Positions 9,862 to 20,765 of a stretch of DNA of 64,000 nt are shown here, in pieces. A program made the translations under genes and the position numbers. Numbering within the stretch: position 1 is the stretch's first letter; each line of letters begins with the position of its first letter. This DNA is from an uncultured Pelagibacteraceae bacterium (lineage in GTDB: Bacteria > Pseudomonadota > Alphaproteobacteria > Pelagibacterales > Pelagibacteraceae): the NCBI GenBank assembly GCA_902543245.1, contig CACBXQ010000007.1:161-64160 (forward strand), given 5' to 3'. Below the pieces are notes generated by a model, which was not told the DNA's origin, searched no databases, and worked only from the letters and a program-made list of their open reading frames with translations.

Positions 9862-11169
9862 ATGTCAAGTGAAAGCAAATATATAAACGATCAATACAAA
9901 AGTTTCTTTGAAGATAGTTTATCAAAAACTGATCCAGAGTTACATAAAGCAATAAACGATGAACTAAGAAGACAGCAACAACATATAGAGTTGATAGCTT
10001 CAGAAAATATTGTGTCCCAAGCTGTGTTAGAAGCTCAGGGTTCAGTTTTAACAAATAAATACGCAGAAGGTTATCCTGGAAAAAGATATTATAACGGTTG
10101 TGAACATGTTGATGTTGCTGAAAATTTAGCCATTGAAAGATTAAAGAAATTATTTAATTGCAAATTTGCTAATGCTCAACCTCATTCTGGTGCACAAGCT
10201 AATGGAGCAGTTTTTTTAGCATTGTTAAAACCAGGTGATACTTTTTTAGGAATGAGTTTAAATTCGGGTGGTCATATTACACACGGTTTAAAAATATCAA
10301 TGTCAGGTAAATGGTTTAATGCAATAAGTTACGATGTTGATCAAAAATCTGAATTAATTGATTACGATGAAGTTGAAAGATTGGCTTTGGAAAACAAACC
10401 TAAACTTATTATTGCAGGTGGTAGCGCATATTCTAGAGTAATTGATTTTAAAAGATTTAGAGAAATTGCAGATAAAGTAGGGGCTTACCTTATGGTAGAC
10501 ATGGCTCATTTTTCTGGTTTAGTTGCAGGTAAAGGATACCCCAATCCATGTGATCATGCACATGTTGTAACATCAACTACACACAAAGTTTTTAGAAGCG
10601 CAAGAGGTGGAATTATTTTAACAAACCATGAAGACTTGGCTAAAAAATTTAATACAGCTGTATTTCCAGGTTATCAAGGTGGACCATTAATGCATGTTAT
10701 AGCAGCTAAAGCTGCAGGTTTTTTAGAAGCTTTAAGACCAGAATTTAGAGAATACATAAACGCTGTTTTAGCAAATGCAAAAATTTTATCTGAAACTTTA
10801 AAAAATAACGGATTTAAAATATATTCTGGAGGCACAGATACTCATTTGATGCTAGTTGATTTAAGACCATTTAATGTTAAAGGAAATTTAGCTGCTGAAA
10901 GTTTATCTAGAGCAAATATTACATGTAATAAAAATGGAATTCCTTTTGATACTGAAAGCCCTATGGTAACCTCTGGTATTAGATTGGGTTCTCAAGCTGC
11001 AACCACAAGAGGTTTTGGATTAAAGGAATTTGAAAAAGTAGGAGAATTGATTACAAAAACAATACAAGGTTTATCACAAAATCCAGAAGATAATTCAAAA
11101 ACTGAGAAAGAAGTAAGAGACGAAGTGATTAATTTATGTGCTTCATTTCCAATTTATAAAAATTTATAA
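9862..11169 (+). CDS. glyA: Serine hydroxymethyltransferase
   Basis: [19 protein letters not shown] and STTHK (PLP Lys) motifs. Confidence 0.99.
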   Translation: MSSESKYINDQYKSFFEDSLSKTDPELHKAINDELRRQQQHIELIASENIVSQAVLEAQGSVLTNKYAEGYPGKRYYNGCEHVDVAENLAIERLKKLFNCKFANAQPHSGAQANGAVFLALLKPGDTFLGMSLNSGGHITHGLKISMSGKWFNAISYDVDQKSELIDYDEVERLALENKPKLIIAGGSAYSRVIDFKRFREIADKVGAYLMVDMAHFSGLVAGKGYPNPCDHAHVVTSTTHKVFRSARGGIILTNHEDLAKKFNTAVFPGYQGGPLMHVIAAKAAGFLEALRPEFREYINAVLANAKILSETLKNNGFKIYSGGTDTHLMLVDLRPFNVKGNLAAESLSRANITCNKNGIPFDTESPMVTSGIRLGSQAATTRGFGLKEFEKVGELITKTIQGLSQNPEDNSKTEKEVRDEVINLCASFPIYKNL

Positions 11170-11628
11170 ATGATTTGTCCTTGCCCTAAAAAGGGAGAAA
11201 CATCAGTCGTAGACTCCCGTTCTACTGAAGATGGAACAGCAATTAGAAGACGAAGGCTATGTGTTTGTGGTGAGAGATTTACCACATTTGAGAGAATTCA
11301 AATTAGAGCATTAATGGTTGTTAAGAAAAACGGAAGAAAATCAATATTTGATAGAGATAAACTGTCAAAATCTATTTATATAGCTTTAAAAAAAAGACCA
11401 ATTGATACAGAAACAGTTGAAAAATTTATTAGCAAAATATCAAGAGCCCTTGAAGAAATTGGACAGTCAGAAATTTCTACCACAACTATTGGAACAATGG
11501 TTATGGAAGGACTAAAAGATCTGGACCCTGTTGCATATGTTAGATTTGCGTCTGTCTACAGAAATTTTAGAGAAGAAAAAGATTTTGTTCAATTTGTTGA
11601 CAAGCTAGATGTCTACAAAAAGAAATAA
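11170..11628 (+). CDS. nrdR: Transcriptional repressor NrdR
   Basis: VVDSR..IRRRR.C..RFTTFE, ATP cone, VAYVRFASVYR. Confidence 0.97.
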   Translation: MICPCPKKGETSVVDSRSTEDGTAIRRRRLCVCGERFTTFERIQIRALMVVKKNGRKSIFDRDKLSKSIYIALKKRPIDTETVEKFISKISRALEEIGQSEISTTTIGTMVMEGLKDLDPVAYVRFASVYRNFREEKDFVQFVDKLDVYKKK

Positions 11629-12700
11629 TCATACCCAAAAAGATAAATTTTATATGAAATTAGCTATTAACTTAGCTAAGAAAAGAATTGGTTTAACGGG
11701 AACTAATCCTTCTGTTGGATGTGTTATAGTAAAGAATGATACAGTAATTTCTACAGGTCAAACAGGTCTTAAAGGTTATCCTCATGCTGAAGTTGATGCT
11801 ATAAATAATTGTAAAGAAAATATTTCTGGATCCTCAATTTATGTATCTCTAGAACCCTGCAGTCATTACGGAAAGACCCCTCCCTGTACAAATGCTATTA
11901 TCAGAGCAAAAATTAAAAAAGTTTTTTATGGCATGGATGATATTGACAAAAGATCAGCAAATAAATCCTATGATTTATTTAAAAAGAAAAAAATTAAAGT
12001 GAAAAGGAATATTTTAAAAAATGATGCCATAGATTTATATAGATCATATAAGCATAATAAAATTCATGGATATCCATATATTGTTGGTAAAATTGCATGT
12101 TCAAGAGATTTTTATATCACAACAAAAAAAAGAAAAATTACTAATGATCAAAGCCATAAGGTTTCACATATACTTAGGTATCATAATAATGGGATCTTAA
12201 TCTCATCAAAAACTGCTAATTATGATAATCCACAATTAAACTGCCGCATTCCTGGATTAGAAAATTATTCACCTGCAGTAATAATTATTGACAAAAATTT
12301 ATCAATAAAAGTAAATTTGAACTTATTTATTAATCAAAAAAAAATTTATATTTTTTACAATAAAGAAAATATTAAAAAATATAAAATTCTTCGTAAAATG
12401 GGTGTAAATTTAATTAAGGTTGATCTGAAAAACAATATTATGAATTTTGATAAAATTCTTAAAAAAATCAAAGAAAAACAGATTAACCACTTATTAGTAG
12501 AAGGGGGTAAAATATTAACCAATTATTTTCTTAGTAATAATTTTTTTAATGAGTTTTACTTATTCAAATCATCTGTTAATTTGAAAAAATTAGGTAAAAA
12601 CAACATCTTGGCAACGATAAATAAACTAGGTAAACATTTTAAAAATAAGCAAAAAATAAGTACATATTTGTCAAAGGATGAATTAATACATTATAAATAA
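11609..12700 (+). CDS. ribD: Riboflavin biosynthesis deaminase/reductase
   Basis: NPSVGCVIV, HAE, LEPCSHYGKTPPC and VEGG motifs. Confidence 0.95.
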   Translation: MSTKRNNHTQKDKFYMKLAINLAKKRIGLTGTNPSVGCVIVKNDTVISTGQTGLKGYPHAEVDAINNCKENISGSSIYVSLEPCSHYGKTPPCTNAIIRAKIKKVFYGMDDIDKRSANKSYDLFKKKKIKVKRNILKNDAIDLYRSYKHNKIHGYPYIVGKIACSRDFYITTKKRKITNDQSHKVSHILRYHNNGILISSKTANYDNPQLNCRIPGLENYSPAVIIIDKNLSIKVNLNLFINQKKIYIFYNKENIKKYKILRKMGVNLIKVDLKNNIMNFDKILKKIKEKQINHLLVEGGKILTNYFLSNNFFNEFYLFKSSVNLKKLGKNNILATINKLGKHFKNKQKISTYLSKDELIHYK

Positions 12701-12706
12701 TTTGAT

Positions 12707-13300
12707 ATGTTTAATGGTATAATTTTTAATCAGGGTAAAATAGTTAAAATTAGCAAAACAGCTAATGGAATTAATTTATTTCTTAAATCAAAAATTAAAC
12801 TGTCAAAAAAAAACTTAGGAATCTCTGTTAGCTGTGATGGTGTATGCCTAACTCTGATTTCTGTAAAAAAAGATATAATTGAATTCTATTTATCAAACGA
12901 AACAATAAATAGATCAAAATTTAGTAAATCAAAAATTGGTGATAAAATTAACTTAGAATTGCCTTTACAATTTAAACAAAGAATTTCTGGACATATTTGC
13001 CAAGGTCATGTTGATACAATATCTAGATTATCAAGTATAAATAAACATGGAAAATCTCAAGTCTTAGAGTTTGAAATTAAAACTACATTAAAAAAATATC
13101 TTATTGAAAAAGCATCAATTCTTATCAATGGTGTGTCACTTACAATTTCAAAAGTATTAAAAAATAGTTTTCAAATTTGGGTAATACCTCATACTTTAAA
13201 GTTAACTAACTTATCAATGTTGAAAAAAAATGACATCGTAAATGTTGAAATAGATATTTTATCAAAATATGTAAAGAAGTTTATAAATGAGAAAAAATAA
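12707..13300 (+). CDS. ribE: Riboflavin synthase (alpha chain)
   Basis: MFNGII, DGVCLT, GHICQGHVD, NGVSLT and VNVEID motifs. Confidence 0.96.
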   Translation: MFNGIIFNQGKIVKISKTANGINLFLKSKIKLSKKNLGISVSCDGVCLTLISVKKDIIEFYLSNETINRSKFSKSKIGDKINLELPLQFKQRISGHICQGHVDTISRLSSINKHGKSQVLEFEIKTTLKKYLIEKASILINGVSLTISKVLKNSFQIWVIPHTLKLTNLSMLKKNDIVNVEIDILSKYVKKFINEKK

Positions 13301-14402
13301 ATTTTCTTCAATTGAAGATATAATTAAAATTGTAAAACGTGGTGGAATGTACATTCTAGTTGATGACGAGAGCAAACATGATGAAATGGAAAATGAAGGT
13401 GACCTTATAATTTCTGCATCAGACGTAAATCCAAAAAAAATTAATTTTATGGCTAAATATGCTCGTGGATTAATTTGTTTAGCTATGGATAAAAATCAAT
13501 CAAATAAATTAGGTTTAACCTTAGCTTCACCAGTAAACCAGTCTAGGAGTAAAACAGCATTTACATTTTCTATAGAAGCAAAAAAAGGTGTTACTACAGG
13601 TATTTCAGCATATGACAGATCTAAAACAATAAAAACAGCCTCTAAAGTAAATGCAAAAAAAACTGATATAGTTTCCCCAGGTCATGTATTCCCTGTTGTG
13701 GCAAGAGATGGGGGAGTTTTAGTAAGAGCTGGTCACACAGAAGCATCTGTTGATATATCAAAACTAGCAAAAAAAAAAAATTCTGCAGTAATTTGCGAAA
13801 TAATGGCTGACGATGGTACAATGGCTACGGGAAAAACATTATTCAACTTCGCTAAAAAACATAAATTAAAAATTGCTAAAATTGAAGATCTGATCGCTTA
13901 TAGACTAAAGAAAGAAAAACTAATCAAACTTAAAAAAAAATCAATTATCAATATAAAAAATCAAAATTATAAAATTCACATATATGAAAACCTTATTGAT
14001 GGATCAGAGCATTTTGCTCTCATAAAGGGGAAATTAATAAATAAAAAAATTCCTAGAGTTAGAGTAATCTCATCAAATGTTGTAGAAAATTATCTTATAA
14101 ATCAAAAGTTACCAAATTCATTCAACAAAACTCTAAATTATTTTAAAAAATTTAATAATTGCGTCCTTGTTTTTATTAGAGATCCTAAACTTGAATCTGT
14201 TACTCAGACATTAAAACAGTACAAAACAAAGACTTTTTATAAAAAAGGTAAGGATAAATTGATAAAAAACTATGGTATTGGTGCCCAAATAATTAAATCT
14301 TTGAATATAAAAAATATGATATTGGTTACAAGGTCAAAAAAAAAAGTAATTGGTTTAGAGGGCTATGGTATTAAAATACAGAAACAAGAAATAATAAAAT
14401 GA
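13287..14402 (+). CDS. ribB: 3,4-dihydroxy-2-butanone-4-phosphate synthase fused to a degenerate GTP cyclohydrolase II-like domain (RibBX type)
   Basis: ENEGD, GLIC, TTGISAYDR, PGHVFP and RAGHTEA motifs; the C-terminal domain keeps YGIGAQI but lacks the Zn-binding cysteines. Confidence 0.93.
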   Translation: MRKNKFSSIEDIIKIVKRGGMYILVDDESKHDEMENEGDLIISASDVNPKKINFMAKYARGLICLAMDKNQSNKLGLTLASPVNQSRSKTAFTFSIEAKKGVTTGISAYDRSKTIKTASKVNAKKTDIVSPGHVFPVVARDGGVLVRAGHTEASVDISKLAKKKNSAVICEIMADDGTMATGKTLFNFAKKHKLKIAKIEDLIAYRLKKEKLIKLKKKSIINIKNQNYKIHIYENLIDGSEHFALIKGKLINKKIPRVRVISSNVVENYLINQKLPNSFNKTLNYFKKFNNCVLVFIRDPKLESVTQTLKQYKTKTFYKKGKDKLIKNYGIGAQIIKSLNIKNMILVTRSKKKVIGLEGYGIKIQKQEIIK

Positions 14403-14785
14403 AGAAAAAAATATTAATTGTCATTGCTAACTATTATGATGATATATCTAAAGGACTAATTACTTCTGCAAAAAAGGAGTTAAAATCTAATATAAAAATA
14501 TCAATAATTTATGTACCTGGTGTCTTCGAAATACCTATTACGATAAAAAAAAATATAAAAAAATATGATGGTTTCATTGCATTAGGATGTGTAATAAGAG
14601 GTCAAACACCTCATTTTGATTTCATCTCTAAATCTACTACAGATGCTATAATGCTCTTATCGATTGAACACACTAAACCAATAGCAAACGGAATATTGAC
14701 TTGTTTAAATAAAAATCAAGCTATCAAGAGAAAAAATAAAGGTAAGGAAGCAGCTATTGCTTTAAAATCAGTGCTATCGCAATAG
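14399..14785 (+). CDS. ribH: 6,7-dimethyl-8-ribityllumazine synthase
   Basis: VPGVFEIP and LGCVIRGQTPHFDFI motifs. Confidence 0.97.
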   Translation: MKKKILIVIANYYDDISKGLITSAKKELKSNIKISIIYVPGVFEIPITIKKNIKKYDGFIALGCVIRGQTPHFDFISKSTTDAIMLLSIEHTKPIANGILTCLNKNQAIKRKNKGKEAAIALKSVLSQ

Positions 14786-14787
14786 AA

Positions 14788-15192
14788 ATGACATTAAACT
14801 ATACTCCTAAGAACAATCCAAGAGTAATAATAATACAAAAAATTTATGGAAAATATTTTAATAAAGATAATGTTGTTACTTACCCAAAACATAGATTTAA
14901 AAAATTCATAAAGGATGTAGTTTCAGGTACTATTGAACGTGATGAGTTAATTTCAAGTGAAATATCTAATCACTTAGAATCTGATTTAAAATTAAGCAAT
15001 ATGGACAAATTATTTCAGGTTATTATAAAATGTGCAATATTTGAGTTTTTATATAAACCTAATACTTCAAAAAAAATTATAATAAAAGAATATTTAAATG
15101 CATCTAATTTTTTTATAACAGAAGCACAAACTAAATATCTAAACGCATTACTTGACAAAATTTCAAAGCGAATAAGACTTAATGATGAATGA
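14788..15192 (+). CDS. nusB: Transcription antitermination factor NusB (divergent)
   Basis: IIKCAIFEF, IIIKEY and YLNALLDKI C-terminus; ribH-nusB-thiL synteny. Confidence 0.85.
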   Translation: MTLNYTPKNNPRVIIIQKIYGKYFNKDNVVTYPKHRFKKFIKDVVSGTIERDELISSEISNHLESDLKLSNMDKLFQVIIKCAIFEFLYKPNTSKKIIIKEYLNASNFFITEAQTKYLNALLDKISKRIRLNDE

Positions 15193-16141
15193 ATTTACTT
15201 TGATTTCAACATATTTAAAAAAACTCATTAAAAATAATCCTAATGCACTTAATTTTAACGATGATGTTTTTTTTGAAAAAAAAAAACAACTAGTTGTTTC
15301 TATTGATACGTACAACGAAAAAATACACTTTCCTAATTTTTTAAATCCTGATTTTGTAGCTAAAAAGGTGTTAAGGTCATCTATTTCAGATTTAATTTCA
15401 AAAGGGGTCAAGCCAAAGTATTTTTTTATTTCTGCAAGTGGAAACTCGAAGCATTTCAATAGTAAAAATCTTAAAAAATTTACCCTAGCATTAAATAAAG
15501 AGCAAAAAAAATTTAATCTAAAATTATCAGGTGGTGATACTGTAAACTCCAAAAATTTATCATTTTCTATTACAATTCTTGGTTTTTCAAAAAAAATAGT
15601 TAAAAGAAATAATGCAGTTATTAATGATGATATTTATGTAGCTGGTAATCTAGGAGATAGTTTTGTTGGACTACAAATTTTAAATAAAAAATACAAAGTT
15701 AATAAAATATTGAGAAATTATTTTATCTCTAAATATTATTGTCCAGATTTAAGTATTAAGTTTTCAAATCATCTACACAGATTCGCAAATTCTTCTATGG
15801 ATATTTCTGATGGATTAGTTTCCGATTTAACAAAATTAATTAATAAACAAAAACTCTCTTATGAATTATTTCTAGACAAAGTTCCAATCTCTAACAATTT
15901 ATCTTTATTTTTAAACAAATTTAAAAAAAAAAAAGATAAATTTGTATGTAATGGAGATGATTATAAAATACTTTTTACTGCACCAAAATCGAAGAGAAAG
16001 TTTATAAAATCTCTTTCCATTAAAATGAATCAAAAGGTTTCAATAATAGGAAATATTAATAATTATAAAAAAAACAAAATTTTATTTGAGAATAAGGTTA
16101 AAAATTTAAGGAATTATCATGGTTATTCTCACAAATTTTAA
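15182..16141 (+). CDS. thiL: Thiamine-monophosphate kinase
   Basis: NEF.LI, NDD, HF, SDL..KG, GGDT, MDISDGL..DL and GYSHKF motifs. Confidence 0.93.
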   Translation: MMNEFTLISTYLKKLIKNNPNALNFNDDVFFEKKKQLVVSIDTYNEKIHFPNFLNPDFVAKKVLRSSISDLISKGVKPKYFFISASGNSKHFNSKNLKKFTLALNKEQKKFNLKLSGGDTVNSKNLSFSITILGFSKKIVKRNNAVINDDIYVAGNLGDSFVGLQILNKKYKVNKILRNYFISKYYCPDLSIKFSNHLHRFANSSMDISDGLVSDLTKLINKQKLSYELFLDKVPISNNLSLFLNKFKKKKDKFVCNGDDYKILFTAPKSKRKFIKSLSIKMNQKVSIIGNINNYKKNKILFENKVKNLRNYHGYSHKF

Positions 16142-16219
16142 TAAGTTAATGATTGCCTTTTAGCCTTTATTTTGTATTGTCCCATTTTTAGAATTTAACA
16201 ATATAACTATAAGGAATTT

Positions 16220-18325
16220 ATGAGCTCATCTGTTGAAACAATTTTAATTTATACAATTATTGCTGGATTATTATCTATTGTGTATGGCTTTTTTACTGGC
16301 AAAAGTATACTAAGCTCGAGCTCAGGTAACTCTAGAATGCAAGAAATTGCATCAGCAATACAAATTGGTGCTAAGGCTTATTTAAATCGACAATACAAAA
16401 CTATAGCTATTGTTGGCGTAGTTGTATTAATTATAATTAGTATTGCTTTTAGTCCATTAGTTGGTCTTGGTTATTTGATTGGAGCAACTTTATCTGGAAT
16501 TGCTGGTTATGTTGGAATGTTAGTTTCAGTTCAAGCTAATGTGAGAACGGCAGAAGCAGCAAGAAAAGGTTTATCTGCCGGACTTTCTTTGGCATTTAGA
16601 TCAGGTGCTGTTACTGGAATGTTAGTCGCTGGTTTAGCATTATTATCAATAGCAGTTTACTATTTTTTACTATTGAAATTCAATATTGATGAAAGAGAAA
16701 TCGTAAATGCACTAGTTGCATTAGGTTTTGGAGCATCTTTAATTTCAATATTTGCACGTTTAGGAGGTGGAATTTTTACTAAAGGCGCAGATGTTGGTGC
16801 CGATCTAGTTGGGAAAGTAGAGGCAGGTATTCCAGAGGATGACCCAAGAAATCCTGCAGTGATTGCAGATAATGTAGGTGATAACGTAGGTGATTGTGCT
16901 GGTATGGCTGCAGACCTTTTTGAAACGTACGCTGTTACAATAGTTGCTACAATGGTTCTTTCTCACATTTTTTTTCATGGTGATCTAAATATGATGATTT
17001 ACCCTTTAACTATTGGTGGTGCATGCATTATAACATCAATTATTGGTACTTATTTCGTTAAACTTGGTAGGGATAAAAATGTTATGAATGCTATGTATAA
17101 AGGCTTCATAATTACAGCAATAAGTTCTTTAATAATTTTATATCCCATAACTGACAAGGTTATAGGTTTTTCTTCTGAATATGTTGTCAACGATAAGTCT
17201 TTTACTGGCTTAAGTTTATATTTTTGTGGAATCGTTGGTTTAATTATAACAGGACTTTTAATTTGGGTAACTGAATATTACACCGGTACAGATTATAGAC
17301 CTGTTAAAAGTGTTGCAGAGTCTTCAACTACTGGTCATGGAACCAATGTAATACAAGGCTTGGCAGTCTCTATGGAGGCTACCGCAATACCTGCGTTAAT
17401 TATTGTTGCAGGAATTTTAATAACCAACGCTATAGCTGGTTTATTTGGCATAGCAATTGCAGTAACTACAATGTTAGCATTAGCTGGAATGGTTGTTGCG
17501 CTTGATGCTTATGGACCAGTAACAGATAATGCTGGAGGTATAGCAGAAATGTCTAATTTGCCAAAAAATGTAAGAAAAACAACTGACGCATTAGATGCAG
17601 TCGGAAATACAACAAAAGCAGTTACAAAAGGCTATGCAATTGGATCAGCTGGTTTAGGTGCTTTGGTTTTATTTGCAGCATATACAGAGGATATAAAATA
17701 TTTTTCAACTGTAGCTGGATCAAAATTAGAAGGTATTGTAGTAAGTTTTGATCTATCAAATCCTTTTGTAGTAGTTGGCTTATTAATAGGTGGAATGTTA
17801 CCTTATTTGTTTGGATCAATGGGTATGCAGGCTGTTGGCAGAGCAGGTGGTGCAGTTGTTGTTGAAGTTAGAAGACAATTTAAAAAAATTCCAGGTATCA
17901 TGAAAAGAAAAGCTAAACCCGATTATGGAAAATTAGTTGATTTATTAACTAAAGCTGCAATTAAGGAAATGATTATACCCTCTTTGTTACCAGTTTTATC
18001 ACCAATAGTTCTTTACATAATAATTTTACCGATAGGTGGGCAAGTTGCTGCTTTATCGTCAGTTGGAGCAATGTTGTTAGGAGTTATTATAACTGGCTTA
18101 TTTGTTGCGGTGTCAATGACAGCTGGAGGAGGTGCTTGGGATAATGCAAAAAAATATATAGAAGATGGAAAATTTGGTGGTAAAGGATCTGAAGCTCATA
18201 AAGCAGCAGTCACAGGAGATACCGTTGGTGATCCGTACAAAGATACAGCTGGACCTGCCGTCAACCCTATGATTAAAATAACTAATATTGTTGCATTATT
18301 GTTGTTAGCTGTAATTGCTGGTTAA
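16220..18325 (+). CDS. hppA: Membrane-bound proton-translocating pyrophosphatase, K+-independent signature
   Basis: [26 protein letters not shown] (Lys at the K+-dependence determinant position) and [10 protein letters not shown]. Confidence 0.96.
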   Translation: MSSSVETILIYTIIAGLLSIVYGFFTGKSILSSSSGNSRMQEIASAIQIGAKAYLNRQYKTIAIVGVVVLIIISIAFSPLVGLGYLIGATLSGIAGYVGMLVSVQANVRTAEAARKGLSAGLSLAFRSGAVTGMLVAGLALLSIAVYYFLLLKFNIDEREIVNALVALGFGASLISIFARLGGGIFTKGADVGADLVGKVEAGIPEDDPRNPAVIADNVGDNVGDCAGMAADLFETYAVTIVATMVLSHIFFHGDLNMMIYPLTIGGACIITSIIGTYFVKLGRDKNVMNAMYKGFIITAISSLIILYPITDKVIGFSSEYVVNDKSFTGLSLYFCGIVGLIITGLLIWVTEYYTGTDYRPVKSVAESSTTGHGTNVIQGLAVSMEATAIPALIIVAGILITNAIAGLFGIAIAVTTMLALAGMVVALDAYGPVTDNAGGIAEMSNLPKNVRKTTDALDAVGNTTKAVTKGYAIGSAGLGALVLFAAYTEDIKYFSTVAGSKLEGIVVSFDLSNPFVVVGLLIGGMLPYLFGSMGMQAVGRAGGAVVVEVRRQFKKIPGIMKRKAKPDYGKLVDLLTKAAIKEMIIPSLLPVLSPIVLYIIILPIGGQVAALSSVGAMLLGVIITGLFVAVSMTAGGGAWDNAKKYIEDGKFGGKGSEAHKAAVTGDTVGDPYKDTAGPAVNPMIKITNIVALLLLAVIAG

Positions 18326-18792
18326 TCCGAAACCTTTTTTTTACGTGTTCCTAGTGGATCATTTATTTTCCGAATTAATGTAGTTACAAAGTCATATACA
18401 AATGTTCTTTTTCTATATCCTATAGATGTATCATTTGGATTAAATTCAAGATCTTTCATATCCTCAATATTTTTTAAATCTTTTTTTACCAGTAACCCTT
18501 GATCATTTAATTCAAGGCTTAATACATTATTGACGAAAATTTTTTTTCGTCCAAAGCTTGTTAAATTTGTACCAGTTTTTTTTCTTTCTATATAAATCCA
18601 CAAATCATTATTAAAACTACTTTTTGTAGATGGCTGACCTAAAAGCATTATTATGTCATTTTTATTTGATTCGTTTACTATTAAATCTTGTTGTTTTTTT
18701 TCCAAGAAATGAACGCCATGATTATTTTCAATTCTATTTAAATTACAGTTTGAAATACTTAAAAATAGTATTAATAATATTAATATTTTCAT
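18322..18792 (-). CDS. bamE: Outer membrane protein assembly factor BamE/SmpA family lipoprotein
   Basis: Lipobox-like SISNC, N.HG and I...LGQPST....WIYI SmpA motif. Confidence 0.85.
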   Translation of the reverse strand: MKILILLILFLSISNCNLNRIENNHGVHFLEKKQQDLIVNESNKNDIIMLLGQPSTKSSFNNDLWIYIERKKTGTNLTSFGRKKIFVNNVLSLELNDQGLLVKKDLKNIEDMKDLEFNPNDTSIGYRKRTFVYDFVTTLIRKINDPLGTRKKKVSD

Positions 18793-19264
18793 GACAAATA
18801 ATTATTTAAATATTTATAACAATTTAGTAAACTTGACTAGAAATAAAAATTTATATCAAAATTTAAGTCAAAACGATACATTTTCTGATAGATTAACAAT
18901 TTTACTATTTCATTTTTGTTTTTTTTTAAAACGCTTTAAAAGTGAAAATTCTAAGGAGGAAATGCAGAAAATACATGATTTTTTTTTCAGACAAATTGAA
19001 TTATCTGTTAGAGAAATAGGCTATGGCGATGCATCTATTAATAAAAAAATGAAAAATTATGTTAATTTTTTTTATGATTTACTTGCCAAAATTGATAAAT
19101 GGGATGATGAAGAATATAATAATAAATCTGTAATTCTTCAAAATTATTTTAAAAATACAAAAGATATTAGTTTTTTTACTGATTATTTTGATAAATATTG
19201 GGAATTTTTATTAAAAAGTTCTTTTAATTCATTTTTAAAAGGTGTAATTAATGCTAAAATTTAA
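18791..19264 (+). CDS. Ubiquinol-cytochrome c chaperone (Cbp3/UQCC1 family)
   Basis: DTFSDR..ILLFH and [16 protein letters not shown] motifs; conserved position between bamE and rpmF/plsX. Confidence 0.88.
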   Translation: MTNNYLNIYNNLVNLTRNKNLYQNLSQNDTFSDRLTILLFHFCFFLKRFKSENSKEEMQKIHDFFFRQIELSVREIGYGDASINKKMKNYVNFFYDLLAKIDKWDDEEYNNKSVILQNYFKNTKDISFFTDYFDKYWEFLLKSSFNSFLKGVINAKI

Positions 19265-19266
19265 AT

Positions 19267-19446
19267 ATGGCCGTTCCTAAACGTAAAACAACAAAATCGA
19301 GAGCTGGGAAGAGAAGATCCCATATTAAGTTTTCGTCGAAAAATATTGTGGAAGATAAAAAATCTGGCGAATACAGATTATCTCATCATATGGACTTAAA
19401 AACAGGTTTTTACAAAGGTAGACAGGTTCTAGATCCTAAAGAATAA
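19267..19446 (+). CDS. rpmF: 50S ribosomal protein L32 (missing from the ORF track)
   Basis: Hand translation: [59 protein letters not shown]. Confidence 0.96.
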   Translation: MAVPKRKTTKSRAGKRRSHIKFSSKNIVEDKKSGEYRLSHHMDLKTGFYKGRQVLDPKE

Positions 19447-19458
19447 TAAATACTCATA

Positions 19459-20463
19459 ATGTCAGAAAAAATAAAAATTGCAGTAGATGCAATGGGTGGT
19501 GATGGTTCTCCAAAAAAAATTATTGATGGTATTTTATTGCATCAAAAAATTTCGAAAAATGTTTTTTACCAATTATTTGGAGATAAGAATTTAATATTAT
19601 CTAATATGACCAACTCTTTAGATAGAGATAGTTATGAAATAATTCATACTTCAGACAAAGTTATAGGTAATGACACACCATTGGGCGCTGCCAAAAGAGG
19701 AAAGAAAACTAGTATGTGGTTAGCTATTGAAAGTGTGAAGGAGAGAAAATCTGATATTATAATTTCAGCAGGTAATACAGGTGCTTTGTTAGTCTTAGCA
19801 AAATTAAATTTAAAAATGATTGAAAATATTGATAAGCCAGCATTATCTGCTCTCTGGCCTAATAGAAAAGGTATGAATGTTGTTTTAGATTTAGGTGCAA
19901 ATATTGAATGTAGTGAAAAGAATCTAATAGATTTTTCAATAATGGGTTCTTCCCTCTATAAAGCATTATTTCATGAGAAAGATCCTAATGTAGCAATTTT
20001 AAATATAGGTTCTGAAGAAACTAAAGGTAACGAAATTATAAAAAATACATATAAAAAACTTAATGAGTCAGATAATAAAAATTTTAATTTTAAAGGTTAT
20101 ATCGAAGGAAATCATCTAATGGATGGAAATGTTGATGTAATTGTCACTGATGGTTTCACGGGTAATGTAGCACTAAAAACAGCAGAGGGTACTGCTAATT
20201 TTATAACTAGCGAATTAAAAAATAATATGACCAAAAACTTATTAGGAAAAATTTCTACTATAATCAATTATAAAAATCTAAATTCCTTTAAGAAAAAATT
20301 TGACCCAAGACTTTACAATGGTGCAATATTATTAGGTCTTGATAGTGCTGTTGTAAAGAGCCATGGTGCTACTGACTCAGTAGGTTTTTTTCATTCCCTA
20401 AATGTATGTGAGAAAATAGTTACAGGTAAATTGATTGATAAGATTAAACAAAGTATAATTTAA
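19459..20463 (+). CDS. plsX: Phosphate acyltransferase
   Basis: IAVDAMGGD, SAGNTGA, DLGAN, TDGFTGNVALK and KSHG motifs. Confidence 0.97.
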   Translation: MSEKIKIAVDAMGGDGSPKKIIDGILLHQKISKNVFYQLFGDKNLILSNMTNSLDRDSYEIIHTSDKVIGNDTPLGAAKRGKKTSMWLAIESVKERKSDIIISAGNTGALLVLAKLNLKMIENIDKPALSALWPNRKGMNVVLDLGANIECSEKNLIDFSIMGSSLYKALFHEKDPNVAILNIGSEETKGNEIIKNTYKKLNESDNKNFNFKGYIEGNHLMDGNVDVIVTDGFTGNVALKTAEGTANFITSELKNNMTKNLLGKISTIINYKNLNSFKKKFDPRLYNGAILLGLDSAVVKSHGATDSVGFFHSLNVCEKIVTGKLIDKIKQSII

Positions 20464-20465
20464 CT

Positions 20466-20765
20466 ATGAGAATCAATTTAACAAAAAAAGATATTATTAA
20501 TTCTGCTTATATGAGAGTGGGGTTTTCAAAAAATTTATCTGAAAACATATTGGATGATATTTTGTTGATACTCTCAAAAAATATAATAAATAAAGAAAAA
20601 GTAAAAATATCAAAATTCGGTACCTTTATTGTTAAGCACAAAAAATCAAGAGTAGGTAGAAATCCTAAAACTAAGGAGGAAAAATTAATTTCTGCAAGAA
20701 GCGTAATTACTTTTAAAGCATCAAACGAATTTAAAAATTTTTTAAACAGTGACAGAAAAATCTGA
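20466..20765 (+). CDS. ihfA: Integration host factor alpha (HU/IHF family)
   Basis: VKISKFGTF and RVGRNPKT motifs; plsX-ihfA-merR synteny. Confidence 0.88.
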   Translation: MRINLTKKDIINSAYMRVGFSKNLSENILDDILLILSKNIINKEKVKISKFGTFIVKHKKSRVGRNPKTKEEKLISARSVITFKASNEFKNFLNSDRKI

